Source: Eledone cirrhosa (Eukaryota). From it: 64,000 nucleotides of DNA. The stretch spans positions 12,524,001 through 12,588,000 of the forward strand of contig OZ024747.1 in the NCBI GenBank assembly GCA_964016885.1, in the 5' to 3' direction. Within the stretch, counting starts at the first letter, position 1, and the number at the start of each line of letters is the position of its first letter. This document shows, in pieces, positions 26,625-39,211 of the stretch. Both the position numbers and the translations under genes were made by a program. The notes under the pieces are model-generated. The model worked only from the letters and a program-made list of their open reading frames with translations, was not told where the DNA came from and searched no databases.

Positions 26625-27105
26625 CCTGGGTCTCCTGTCGGTTGATTATGCCCGTAAAATCTGTCCAGCGATTCTTTCCTGAGACATTCTAACCACATGC
26701 TCATAGTATTGGAGTTGTGATCTCTCAATTCGGAGAAGTAACGGCTGAACCTGGAGTGACTCTCTGATCTCCGAGCTATACACTCTATCGAGTAACGTTA
26801 CTCCAAAAATATTTCGGATGTACCCCATTTCGGGTAAAGCTGCTTGTGTTCGCGATCGTATTCTTTCGGTCATTACCCAAGATTCATGACCATAGGTAAA
26901 TATTGCCACGAATACCGAAATGAAGATAGCGAGTTTGGTTTTTACACCTACCTCCCTTCTTCTGATTACCGAATGCTGAAACTGGTGCATTACTGCACCA
27001 GTTGCTGCAATTCTTGCACTTAATTCAGCATCCTACCTTCCATCACTTGTGAACACAGCCCCGAGATACTTGAACTACATCTCCACCTGCTTCAGAGACT
27101 TTCCC
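26625..27105 (-). mobile_element. RTE-clade LINE RT thumb/C-terminal fragment
   Basis: FKYLG...TSDG, YGHESW, IERSQLQYYEHVVRM; contains stops. Confidence 0.88.
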
Positions 27106-27869
27106 AAAGTATATAAATTAACTTTAAGAAATTAATTCTTAATTTCTTGAAATTTATTTGAGATTGAGACGCTATCAATTGCCGCTAAATTTCTGTTTCT
27201 TTCCCAACGGGGAAAAATTAATTAAATACGATGTTTTTCTCTTTTTGCGTATATCAGTCATCACTTACATTGGTTCATATGAGTTATTTCCCTTAGCTCA
27301 TTATATTTATTTATTTATTTATTTTAAGTATAAGTGGGTGAATAATGACAGTGAAAGGCAGTGAACCTGTGATCGAACCTTTGCAAACAAATAACCAACG
27401 ACGCTATTCTTCACAAAATACATAATATAGAATAAAAATTAAGATTTCTACCACCACCACTACCACTACGTTATATCTGGTGGTCCAAAAGTGATAAACT
27501 TACTCCTTTTTCAAAACTGTGCAAAATGAACCGCTGTATGCCTAAATGTATTTCTATTTATGAACCCGTAACTCCTGATAGAGTCGCAGAGGCGTCATCG
27601 TGGGTACTATAAAACTAGCAGAACCGATCTCCTCTCTCTAAGTCTGAACACAGCCGATTTCTTCCAGAGGAGAGTTACGAAATGAGAACGCGATAAAAAA
27701 ATTTAAAAAAAGGAAGAATCTACCCTAGTACTACACAGCTACTCTTTTTTTATTTTTTTTCTATTGACCTCGAAATATGTCTAAATATAATTCCTTAATA
27801 AAACAGTTAGAACATGTATTTAAGAGAGTGAAAGGTAAAGGGGAGGTTACTGTAGAATTACTGAAGGAT

Positions 27870-28006
27870 GTATTGCCACCCGGAACTTTCGTTAACAGAT
27901 AATGTTTCATTGGACACCCTTTGTCAACATTCATTCATCTTTGTTTTCATTTAAACCGAATCTCAATATTTCATATCTGTATTACAAAAACATAAGATAT
28001 ATCATT
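27870..28006 (+). promoter_or_regulatory. Putative APEX1 core promoter/5' UTR with ETS-like CCGGAA
   Basis: CCCGGAAC near 27878 in unique sequence just upstream of the ATG; TSS not determinable from sequence. Confidence 0.3.
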
Positions 28007-28033
28007 ATGTCTGCTGCCAACAACAAACGAAAG
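28007..28033 (+). CDS. APEX1: APEX1 exon 1 (MSAANNKRK), micro-exon
   Basis: ATG at 28007 in attATG context, donor AAG|GTTGAGT, phase 0. Joins exon 2 to give an APE1-like basic N-terminus KRK-SAED...KKQKT. Confidence 0.7.
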
Positions 28034-29955
28034 GTTGAGTGTTATTCTCTTTATTCACTACTGCTATTATATATATATTTTTATTATTGAACGAAATTGT
28101 TTTTAAACGAGATAAATGTTAAGACCACTTAAAATAAAACAAACATTAGTATATTTTATTGATTATTATATTTTATCCTATGTATAATAGTCTTAATTAA
28201 AGTTAAATGAAAAAATTAGGCTTTTCCAGTGTTTATGTTTGTAAACTTGGCGGAAAATAAGGCGTTAAAATGTTTCTAAATACTATAGACTTTTCTATTA
28301 CTTTTTATTCTTGCAATTATTAGGCGCTAAAGATGACCTTTGTGATTGGGTCGAAGAAAGATTTTAAAACAACTTAATCATATTTAATTTTTCTCGATTA
28401 AAAAAAAAATCAATATAAGGTAAAACAAACGGCCGAATATAACCACGTGCTGTAACAATAACTTCGTATGAGTTATCTTTTCTTGGACACTTTGTATTGT
28501 AAGTTAAGGGGCCAAAACACTCGCTTGAGGCGGGGTTTCTTCTATTATAGACTTTTGCTGTCCGGCTCTCGTGAGAGTTTCTTACTTCTACTGTCTATTG
28601 ATTCCGTCATAATTTATAATAAAAGTAATTGATTTAAATAGAATGCTTACAAATAAACATAATTTATTCAACCAAAAAATTATATATTGCATCCGTCTAT
28701 AAGATATGTGTTATAGGGTTGGGGAAGACACAGAAAACTGGTAATTTATTACGGTTTTGAAGGCAATATTCTTTCAAAACATCAAAAATTATAGGTAAAA
28801 TAAACTTCACCTTTTAAACTCTAACCAAACTTATTAACTAACTACCCTTAGAATTAAAAAAAAAATTATTATTATTATTACACTCGTCTCCGAGGTGGGT
28901 GTTATAGTAAAAACAATTACCGCCTTTTATCGTAGCCTTTATACAACAAATTCGGCTGTGATAGGGCGGGCTAATATCGGGGAAAAATACACGAATGGAA
29001 TTTTCATAAAGATATATTTTAGTTTATCGATTTAAAAATTCATATATTTTACGGTCAATTTGATATTTTTGTGTTGCTGGTTTCTTTCTTTCTGCTCTAT
29101 ACGTAACTCTATTACAAATTGAGGCGTATAGGGAAACTTAATAAATATGTTCATGTATAATAAACATTCATAAGTCTGACTGTGATCATTTCACAACTAC
29201 CTCAGTAGCCGTATGAGAGTGTCAAATGGTATTTCAGGACCATTAATCTGTCTGTCATCAGGGGCGTTTATTTATTCGGTACTGAAGAAAGACAAAGCTG
29301 AAGTTTAACTATCGCTTCTCGTATTGATGCCCATCTGAGAGGCATCGAAACCAAGTGATGATCAATACTCGGAAGAGGATCATCTCGACTTTGAAATGAG
29401 TTTAATTACCCTTACCGGGTACCAAATAACTATATTTAAGATATATATAGAGAATTCTATTACATGTCTGCGCACACACACTTTGAATAACGTCAATATT
29501 GGTCCATATTTTGTGTGTTAAGGACATACATTCAATTTAATGAATAACGAAAAACTAATAAATTATTTACAAAAGAAATATTTATCAATAGAATGGAGTG
29601 AGAAAGAATGAAAAAAAATGGGGCATGTACGCGTAATGACACTATTACTGGGAACAGTGGTGTTGACCACTAAATTCTATGTTCGTATTTTATCTGATGA
29701 TAGCATACCAAAATTGTTGGTACCCTTGAAATATATATAATAGAATAAATATGGTTTTATAAATATAGTTTCCATTTATTTAATATCATTGTGTAAATTC
29801 TATGTTCGTGTTTCTTTGGTTTTAAATTAAATCGAAGCCAAGATTGTGTTGTCTCCCCTTAAACAAGTAACAACAACTCTGTGTATTCCTTTATTGTGTT
29901 CGTGAACAAATAAATCTTTGTTGGGCTGGATAACTTTTCTTTATACATACATGTG

Positions 29956-29990
<35 letters not shown>

Positions 29991-32900
29991 TGTGTTGTTA
30001 TTTCTGTTTACCTTTTACATGTGTATATATATATATATATACATACATATCATACTTGCCCGATATAGGTTTGCTATTTTTATTGATTGTATTAAATGTT
30101 TTTATGTTAAATCGAGTCAAGCAAACCATATTGTTTTAAATTAGTATTTTTCAACCTAACTAACTTGGTCATTTGCAATTGGAACACATGTATAGTTATA
30201 TCTGTGTTCATCCTTCTCATATATCCAATTATATATATATACATATATATTTATTACTCTAAGATATAACTTATCCAGCCCAACAAAGATTTATTTGTTC
30301 ACGAACAAATTAGAAATTGCGTCATGAAAGGGTTAAGCATTTCATTGTTTATTTGCTTTTTTTACAGAGTGCTGAGGATGAAGCTCAAGTCAAGAAACAA
30401 AAAACCGTAACTATAATTTTAATTATTGTATATGTGGAATGGTGAGTGAGAGAGATAAGGGTAGGTAATATGATCCCTTTTTTCAAGACCTCCAATTTTT
30501 ATGGAAGAAAGGAAGGAATTCTTCCTAATATCAAAGACCTGATTCAAAGGAGGCTTATAAGATGGCTACTGTCTATATGCTTCAGCTTCGGCTTGTACCC
30601 ATGGGAAGTCGGGTCTTATGAATAACAATAAGATGGTGTTACCATATTTTATACAGGCCACATTAAATCTCCAATTAACAAATGGTGAAGTCATTAGGCA
30701 ATGTATGGTAATCTCATTAGTGTGTGGTGATGTTCATTAAATATTCTAGTTAAAATTTTATTAGATTTGTAAAAAGAAAATGTTATTATTGGTTTTTTTC
30801 AGGAAAAAATTGATAAGAAGGATAAAACTGCTGAGTCTGAAGTATCAACGAAAGAAGATTCTTCACAAAAAGGTGGTGAGAAAGACAGTGGTAAATCTAA
30901 TCTGAAGTTTGTATCTTGGAATATTAATGGAGTTCGAGCTTTCTTGGGTGTAAGTAAGATGGTGTCATTTTGATGTTTAATTAGATGTTTCAATTAGTGC
31001 CAATCTGCAATTAAACGATCAGTGGGAATAATTAAAATTCATCATATTTCATCAGATGTTTGAGCATTTGTGAGATTTTTAGATTTACAAAAGCCATTCC
31101 ATCCATGCCATTCCATTATAAGAAGATGAATGTAAAACAGGCAAAACAAACTGTTCAAAATAATCTCTTTTGTATTGTTTAACCCTTTAGCATTTAAACC
31201 GGCTGCATCTGGCCAGAAATCTATCACCTCTTTCTATAACTAGCCACTCATACTGATGTTAAGGTATTGTTCTCAAAATAAATAATATCAAAACCTCATA
31301 GATTCCATATTATGTAAGGTAAAGTGTTTACCATGAAAATATAATAGTAAATATAAAGTAATGCAAATGCTAAAGGGTTAAAATCACTTTCATATTGTAT
31401 ATTTTGTATTATTTAAAACCATTTTCATATTGTATATTTTGTATTTATCAAATTATAGAAAAAAGGATTTGACTATGTCAAAAGAGAGGCCCCAGATGTA
31501 TTTTGTATTCAAGAAACAAAATGCCCTGAATCAGAAGTTCCTGCTGATTGTAAGATCAAAGGTTACTATGACTACTGGTACAGTGCTGAAACTAATGGCT
31601 ATTCTGGCTGTGCTTTGTACAGCAAGACTGAACCAATCTCTGTCACTAAAGGAATTGGTAAAATATAATCACTTTATTTTATTGTTCTATCACTCTATTG
31701 TATGTCTGTTTGTGTGTATACATATGAAGTGTTTGTGTGTATATCTGAAGTGTCTGTATGTGGACTACACTCTATAGTGGTGAAGCCATGAAAAATGCAT
31801 TTAGTATACCATGTAAGGTGTTTGGCAATAGGAAGAGAATCCTGTAGAAGGCATGCCAAAAAGGGTCAAAAGGACTCTTTAGTTGAATCAGGCACAACCA
31901 CCTCTCTAGTGTTGGTGATCTACTTGATAAACACCCAGTACACTCTGTAAAGTGGTTGATGAAGAGCATCCAATCCATAATAAACTTGCCAAACAAAGGT
32001 TGGGAGAACCCTTCAGCTTTGCCAAAGACATGAATATCTCCCTAGTGTTGGTGATCTACCCAATAAACACACCCAGTACACTCTGTACTACACAGTATAG
32101 AATAGAGAAGACTCTTTGGTCTTGCCAAAGACATGTCAACCTCTCTAGTGCAAACACCGTAACCCATTCTTGTAGACTAATTGATGTGATTTTTGTTGTT
32201 ATTTCAGGAATTGAAAAACATGACAAAGAAGGAAGAGTTATCACTGCAGAGTTTGACAAGTTTTATGTTGTCACAACATGTAAGTAGTGTCATTTCTTTT
32301 CATTTTAGGCCCAATGCCAGATAGTAGTGGTGGTGGTGGTTTAGATTAGTTTATCACAGAACAGTTGTCGATGAGGGTCATTTATATCATTGGATCCCTG
32401 AAACAATGATAAATTAACCCCCTTAGCATTTCAACCGGTCATATCCGGCCAGAACTCTCTCACCTTTCTATGTTCAAACTGAGCATAATCGGCCACTCAT
32501 ACTGATGTTAAGGTATTGTTCTCAAAATAAATATGAAAATCTCGTAGATTCGTTATTATGAGTGATAAAGCCTTTACCACAAAAATACAATAGTAAATAT
32601 AGAGTAATGTAAATGCTAAAGGGTTAAAGATATAATGTGGAAAGAATTTTTGTGGCTTTTGAATTAATATCTGACTATTTCTTCCTTTTGTTCTACAGAT
32701 GTTCCTAATGCCGGTAAAAAGTTGGTCCGATTGGATTATAGAACCAAAGAATGGGATGTGGATTTCTTGGATTATATTGTCAAGTTAGATGAGAAGAAAC
32801 CTATCATATTATGTGGAGATTTGAATGTTTCACATCTTGAAATTGGTAAATGTTTTATTTCTTTTTCCTTTATCTGATGTGTTTATATGTAAGATGTATG

Positions 32901-34075
32901 TTTTATCTGTTATTTTTCATAATTTTGGCTGGGTTTTACTGGCTGGATGCCTTTCCTATCACCAACCAGCGCTAGAGGGTTTGTCTTACCGACTTAAGAG
33001 TCCTCCCTATCCTGTATCAGTTTTTATATGAAGCGTCTGCTCTCCTAGACGGGTAGCCTTCACTATGGTTTACAGAGCATTGATAATAGTGATAGCTATA
33101 TGGTGAAACAGTTACTTTGTGAGCTTCTATTCTATTAGTAAAGTTTGTTCATTTACTGTATAAATATAATATATATATATATATATATGTGTAATCCATG
33201 CTAGCATGGAAAAATGGACATTAACCAGTGATGATGATGATATATATATATGTACATGTATATATATGATGTGTAAGAGACACGGCAAAAAGCACCCAGC
33301 CACACTGTAAAGTGGATGTGTAAAAGACATGGCAAAAAGCACCCAGCCACACTGTAAATGTGGTTAGCGTTAGGAATGTTTGCAAGAAATATAAGCTTTC
33401 TTGTTCAATTTCTTACAGATCTAAAGAATCCCAAGAATAATAAGAAGAATGCTGGATTTACTAAAGAAGAAAGAGATGGATTTAGTAAGATGTTGGAAAA
33501 AGGATTTGTTGATTCATTTCGGCACCTCTACCCCGACAAAACAGGAGCTTATACCTTCTGGACATATATGATGAATGCACGTGGTAAAGATGTTGGATGG
33601 TAAGTTTTACTTTGAATTTAGTTGCTATTTCTCCAAATTGAGAGATCACAGTTCTGATATTACAGGCATGTGGTTAGAATACCTTAGGAAGGAATTGCTG
33701 GACAGATTTTATGGGCAAAACCAACCAGCAGGAGACCTTGGGGTGGACCTCCAGGCTTCTATGCAGTTTCTGTCTACCCAGTTTCACTCCAAAGGCTTGA
33801 GTTGACCTGTAAGATTGAACTCAGGAACTGATGATATGTGAAACAAACTTCTCATTACTCAGCTATGCCTGCATCCACAATTTTACTTCTTATACCACTT
33901 AAATTTGCAAGTGGTGGTGATGATGATAATGGTGTTTTCTCTTGTTTTTTTTCTCAGGCGCCTGGATTACTTTGTCATTTCCAAAAGGCTGGTAGATAAT
34001 CTCACCGACAGTTTGATTCACAAAAATGAAATGGGGAGTGATCATTGTCCAGTTGCTTTACTAATGAACATATAA
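28007..34075 (+). CDS. APEX1: DNA-(apurinic/apyrimidinic site) endonuclease APE1 (ExoIII/Xth family), 8 coding exons, 309 aa
   Basis: Spliced by hand with GT-AG introns and consistent phases: 28007-28033, 30368-30406, 30803-30949, 31459-31657, 32208-32279, 32699-32845, 33419-33599, 33958-34075 (930 nt, ends TAA). Motifs [63 protein letters not shown] and GSDHCP match APE1. Confidence 0.96.
29897..30307. repeat. Perfect 37-bp inverted repeat in APEX1 intron 1
   Basis: 29897-29933 is the reverse complement of 30271-30307. Confidence 0.85.
30368..30406 (+). CDS. APEX1: APEX1 exon 2 ([13 protein letters not shown])
   Basis: Polypyrimidine tract + TACAG acceptor, GTAACT donor, 39 nt; resembles human AED...KKSKT. 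Confidence 0.8.
30803..30949 (+). CDS. APEX1: APEX1 exon 3 (EKIDKK...[17 protein letters not shown])
   Basis: tttttttcAG acceptor, GTAAGT donor, contains the SWNxxG motif. Confidence 0.93.
31179..31382. mobile_element. piggyBac-type MITE (TTAA-CCCTTTAGCA...TGCTAAAGGG-TTAA) in APEX1 intron 3
   Basis: TTAA target and TIRs; other copies at 32414-32627, 34677-34874, split 34967-37310 and 61744-61943. Confidence 0.85.
31459..31657 (+). CDS. APEX1: APEX1 exon 4 (KKGFDYV...FCIQETKC...[10 protein letters not shown]...)
   Basis: AG/GT boundaries; QETK metal-binding Glu and GYSG motif. Confidence 0.95.
32208..32279 (+). CDS. APEX1: APEX1 exon 5 ([23 protein letters not shown])
   Basis: TTTCAG acceptor, GTAAGT donor, EGRVI motif. 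Confidence 0.95.
32414..32627. mobile_element. piggyBac-type MITE in APEX1 intron 5
   Basis: Same TIRs and body as 31179-31382. Confidence 0.85.
32699..32845 (+). CDS. APEX1: APEX1 exon 6 ([12 protein letters not shown]...[11 protein letters not shown])
   Basis: CTACAG acceptor, GTAAAT donor, catalytic Tyr, Asp and Asn motifs. Confidence 0.95.
33419..33599 (+). CDS. APEX1: APEX1 exon 7 ([15 protein letters not shown]...[16 protein letters not shown])
   Basis: TTACAG acceptor, GTAAGT donor; also visible in ORF 33358..33603. Confidence 0.96.
33958..34075 (+). CDS. APEX1: APEX1 exon 8 (WRLDYFVIS...[13 protein letters not shown])
   Basis: tttttttctcAG acceptor, RLDY and SDH catalytic motifs, TAA stop. 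Confidence 0.96.
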
Positions 34076-34276
34076 CTTCACATGTTCTAGAACCTTCCAA
34101 ACATGTACTCTATATACTAACTCATTCATTTCTCTTTCTGGGTTTTTTTTTCCTTCTCTCATATCCATTGTATAACATTCCTTTCACGGCAAAGTTCAGA
34201 ATTGGGTTAAAAAAAAAAATTTTCCTACAGAAAATTTTCATCAGATTTCTTTTCTATTTTAGATATTTTGCATTTC

Positions 34277-34282
34277 AATAAA
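34277..34282 (+). terminator. Putative APEX1 polyadenylation signal AATAAA
   Basis: AATAAA about 200 nt after the stop, followed by a T/GT-rich stretch. Confidence 0.6.
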
Positions 34283-35035
34283 AACATTTTTTTATCTTCT
34301 CAGTTAGTGTTTGATTTATTTTATAAGTTTGTTGTTTTTATTGTTTTTATCAGTTTGTTACATTCATAGAATTGGTACAGATAGATTAGAGAGCTTCTCA
34401 AAGCAATGTTGATATTCTTTTTCTTCTTTTTAATCCTGTAACTCCTGCAGGTGTTGTAGAGGCGCCATATTGATATATGTTATTTTTAGGGCATTTTTAA
34501 AACCTGGGGGAGCTCATTTCCTCTCCAGGTCTGAATACAGCAGATTTCTTTCAGAGGATAGAGAGTGAGAGAGGGGAAGGGAGAAAGAGATATAGAGGAA
34601 GAATTGACCCCAGTACTTGACTGATACTTTTTTTATCAACTTTAAATGAATAAAAGGCAAAGTTGACCTTCATGGTATTTAAACCGGCCGTATCCGACCA
34701 GAATTCTCTCACCTCTTTCTGTTCAAACTGCCTGTAACCAGCTGCTCATACTGATGTGAAGGTATTTTTCTCAAATAATATTAAAATCTCATAGATTCGA
34801 TATTATGTGAGATAAAGTGTTTACCATGAAAATATAATAGTGTATATAGAGTAATGTAAATGCTAAAGGGTTAAACTCAGAGAGCAGAGTGCCAAAATAA
34901 ATACAGCAAAGCACTCCATCCGACGCTGTAATGACTGCCAATTCACTGCCTTCAATGTTTATATTATTAACCCTTTAGCATTTACATTACTCTATATTTA
35001 CTATTAGATTTTCACAGTAAAGGCTTTATCTCACA

Positions 35036-35769
35036 CTAGCAGTGTATCCCGGCGTTGCACGGGTAAGAACATTGGTAATAACACCTCCAATGAGAAACGT
35101 TTATTTGTGAGTGCCTGTTAAAAACTCACGAAATTGTACCGACAGGAAACTTGTTTTATTTGGAGAAAATTAAGAAGTTGAAAGTACAGTTTAGCTGTCT
35201 ACGGGCATTGTTCATAGAAATATTGTTGAGCCCCTTCTTTTCATACTCCTCTGTTTTGGCCTTTTGGAGTAAATGTGAAAGAGAAAGTCACAGGTTAAGT
35301 TGGCAGAAGGTTCCAGTGCAATAGCAGTAAAGTGTAGGCTACTTACCTCAAAAGTTCATTCGCACTCTTTCCACTAAGTTACTCTTTCTATCCCTCTCGG
35401 TGAAGTCCCTTGCGAATTTCTCGCGTAGGCCTGGTGTAGATTTGCACCCGATACATTTACTCGATGCACATGTCCGCTTTGTACGGCTTTTGGAGGAAGG
35501 AGTGACCAGCAGTACATTGTTCGGTATTATTAAGAAAAGGTGTAGCAGAGAATCCCACGTGAACTAACAGCTCGGGAGGAAACTGCTTACCTCAAAGATT
35601 CATTCGCCATCGTTCTTGTCAACGCTCCATTTACTTGGTATTTGTTTGTCTACAGTTAGATGAATGGCGCACAAAGGGTTAATGTTTATTGGCAAGAAGT
35701 TTTTTTAATAATAAAAGACGGTTAAAGCGACCTACAATGTATCTGTGTGTATATATATATATACACAGA
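35036..35769 (-). mobile_element. Non-autonomous Helitron
   Basis: Minus-strand 3' end: hairpin cccgtgcaacgccggg then CTAG|T. Likely 5' TC end at 35769. Inserted at an A|T site of a piggyBac-type MITE. Confidence 0.7.
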
Positions 35770-36715
35770 TACAAGACCGGCTGCCCATGGGAACTCCTAT
35801 ACGCAGATGATCTAACGCTCATAGCTGAATCGGCTGAACTAGAGAAGAAATTCGAAACATGGAAGCATGGCCAAGAATCAAAAGGCCTTAAAGTTAACTT
35901 GTCTAAGACTAAAGTTCTAGTTTGTAGAAAGGAAAATAGGGCACAGGTGCCCTCAGGGAAATGGCCATGCTCAGTGTGAGGAAAGGAGTAGGCAGAAATT
36001 CCATTTTATGTCCCAAATGCAAAGTATGGGTACATAAAAGATGTAGTGGGATCACAGGTAAACTATCTAAGAACGTAGACTTTATATGTGGCCAATGCTC
36101 AGGTGCAATAAGTAGCAAGGGTCCAAAGGATACTAGCTCCTTCTATTGCCCAGATGGTTCTATAGAAATAGTAGACACTTTCCATTACCTGGGTGACGAA
36201 ATCAGCAGTGGTGGAGGGTGTTCTGAAAGTACAGTAGCCAGAGTCAGAACGGGATGGAAAAAGTTCAGAGAGCTTATACCGCTGTTGGCCACAAAAGGTT
36301 TCTAAAAATGAAAGGCAGATTGTATGATGCCTGTATACGAACAGCAATGCTACATGGCAGTGAGACATGGGCATTACGTGCAGAGGACCTGCGTAGACAG
36401 GAAAGGAACGAAGCATGCATGCTCCGTTGGATGTGTAATAGTAATATAAATGAACTAAGTGAGAAATTAGGAATAAGAGGGATCAGATGTTGTTTACTTG
36501 AGAGAAGACTATGTTGGTATGGTCACGTGATGCGCATGAAAGACGACAGCTGCATAAAAAAGTGCAGGGCGATCAAAATTGATGGTAGTTACGGAATAGG
36601 TAGACCCAGAAAAACCTGGGATGATCTGATAAATTCCGACCTCACACAAATCTCTCTAAGACATCTCTCTTGACCGAGATATTTGGCGCTACACAGTATT
36701 ACAGAAGACCCGCCT
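35770..36715 (+). mobile_element. 5'-truncated RTE-clade LINE (RT YADD to C-terminus, with inserted PHD-like finger), frameshifted
   Basis: WELLYADDL, GLKVNLSKTK, FHYLG, LHGSETW, RRLCWYGHVMR, GRPRKTW. Confidence 0.92.
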
Positions 36716-36819
36716 TGCCTATGTACAAAGCGAAACCTACAGTCAGTAGGCACCTCTTAACCAAATATACACCCCAATCCACTACCCCTACCCTATCTTC
36801 CCACCAACAGCACAAGATC

Positions 36820-37070
36820 GTGTAGGTGTCACAACAAAAAACACACAGTCTACACTAATGTGGTTGTGTAGGTAACACGGTAAAAAGTTCCCAGTTCCAC
36901 ACTGTAAATGTGGTTGGTATTAGGAAGGGCATCCAGCCGTAGAGAACCTGCCAGATAGTCCTATATGAGCGAGACACGGTCACCCGACCAGCCTTGCCTC
37001 AAGTGGGACAACTCCCGTCTAACCGATGCTAGCGTGGAAAATGGACGTTAAATGAAGATGATAATGATGA
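36820..37070 (+). mobile_element. Third SINE-like family (ggaagggcatccagccgtaga core, (ATG)n tail); copies at about 55000-55210, 56940-57080 and 63420-63645(-)
   Basis: Shared blocks aaaagcacccagc...ttaggaagggcatccagc...tgctagcgtggaaaatggacgttaaa. Confidence 0.75.
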
Positions 37071-39211
37071 TATGTGTCTGTATGTATGCACATATATATA
37101 TGTGTGTGTATGTATATACATATATTTTTATGTGTATATGTGTTTCTATATGTATTTATATATATATATGCATATGTGTATATATAAGTATGTGTGTGTG
37201 CGTGAATGTAGCGAAGATAATACTTGACATCAGTATGAGTGACCAGTTACAGCCAGTTTGAACAGAAAGAGGTGAGAGAATTCTGGACGGTTTAATTGCT
37301 AAAGGGTTAAACCCTAATAACACCCTTTGTTAGTTCTTGCTGCTCCAAATACTACACTGATACAAGAAAACAGTTGAATTGAAAGCTTTGGACAAGTGCT
37401 AAGGATTTTTCACTTTTGAACATTATTACATGCAAGGAATTAGAAAGGGTTGGGAAGATTTTTCAATTGAGACATAGACATGAAAACCTCCCTAGAGTTG
37501 GTGATCTAGACACCAGTACACTCTGTAACATGGTTGGTGATAAGAAGGGCATGCAACCATAGACAACAATTTCCCTAGTGTTGGTGTTCTAGACAATAAA
37601 CACACCCAGTACACACTGTAATATTGTTGGTGATAAGAAAGGCATACAACCATAAAATGACATTCTTCCTAGTGTTGGTGCCACAATAAAAGCCACACAG
37701 GTTCAGTATTGATTCATCCTATCCATGCCATCATGGAAACGGCATTAAAAATGGTGATTCTTTTTTATGCTGATTGTGCTATTTACCAACAATCACATCC
37801 GTCTACCTTACAAATTATTTCTGACAGAAAAATTGAATACCATTAGGATAAAATCTATATAATTATCACCACATTTGACTTATGTTAAGATAGGGAATTA
37901 CACGAAGTAAAGTATCCATTTCACACTTAATATGTTCTGTCAAACAGTATCGTTTACATGCCATGTTTGCAGATAGCTTTAGTTTAATCCTGCCATTCAT
38001 AGTTATCTCCCATTAATTCCAGTCTAGAGTCCGAGCGGTCACGTCTGTAAACATTCCTATTCATACTTTTGTTATATTTTCTTTGTTTTCGTCTTACCAG
38101 TTATGTTTACTTTAACATTATAGTAGTACAACTTGTAGTAGCAATTACCTTTAATGGGCATAAAGGTTAAGATTATGATTATGAGGAAGTGCAGAGAATT
38201 GTTGTATTTATACCAGTGGTTCCTACCTTTTGTGCACCATGTCTCGCCTCAACATCTCGAAAATTGTTATGCTTAGAGGTGTTTAAATGTCTCCTCAATA
38301 TTCCAGGGAAAAATTACTTTGTCAAAAGAAAATTTAAACTAAGTCGGAACAAGAGAACTTGTGTTTCTTATGCTGGCATTTTAAAATGTGAAAATAGTAA
38401 ACATTTTCGTGTGGCTTAGTGGTTACAGAATTAGATTCACAATCATGAGTTCTCGAGTTCGATTCCCAGACAGGGCGATGCGTTATGTCCTTGAGCAAGA
38501 CACTTCATTTTACGTTGCTCTTCTGCTAAAATCTGCAACCGGTAGATAGTATCAGCATTGGAAAGACCACTGGAAACATTTTTTTCTTTGGTCTGATTCC
38601 CAAACCACATTCGGTAAGCGAATGAGATCTGTGATTTTGTCGATCAATATATATAAATTGTGTTTATTTGTATGCTGTAGTTCGAAATAAAATCCCAAAA
38701 ATGACTATCCCGAAAAATAAAAGTTGATTAAATTAATCCAACCCAACTATTTGGCATGTACTTTATTTTATCAATACCGAGAAAAGACAAAGTTAGTCTA
38801 GGCAGGATTTGAACTCAGAATGTAAAGCTAGGTAACTAAATAGCAAAGGATTTTAAAAGTATTAATATCGTTAGAAGCTGGTGCTGACAAACTGCTCCAT
38901 TTGGTAATCCAAGTAAGAGAACTGGAGAAATAAACATTAAAAATGGAGAATTATGTCCCTTAGATTTAAAACTTCTGTCACCATGGTTACTACTAAAAAT
39001 ACATTTGAACAGAAGGAGTGAATTGTTTTGAATCAGATTACACCGTGTATATGTAACATGTAATTGTAACAATTTATTATTCAACACTTTCCATTATCTA
39101 TGTCCACTCTTTGAGATATTATCGAGATTATAGCCCATTAATAATGAAATATGTTAATTTGTTATTATGACGTCACCGCATTGTTGAATTACGTCATATA
39201 TATATATATAT

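Noticed and set aside
29282-29356. CTGAAGA ... gatgcc/ggcatc-GAAA in APEX1 intron 1 as a hammerhead
   Set aside because: The core halves are not joined by one stem II and there is no valid NUH or stem I.
30803-34075. LINE APE-endonuclease interpretation of the ExoIII-family exons
   Set aside because: Spliceosomal introns, APE1-specific motifs ([17 protein letters not shown]) and no linked RT indicate the host gene.
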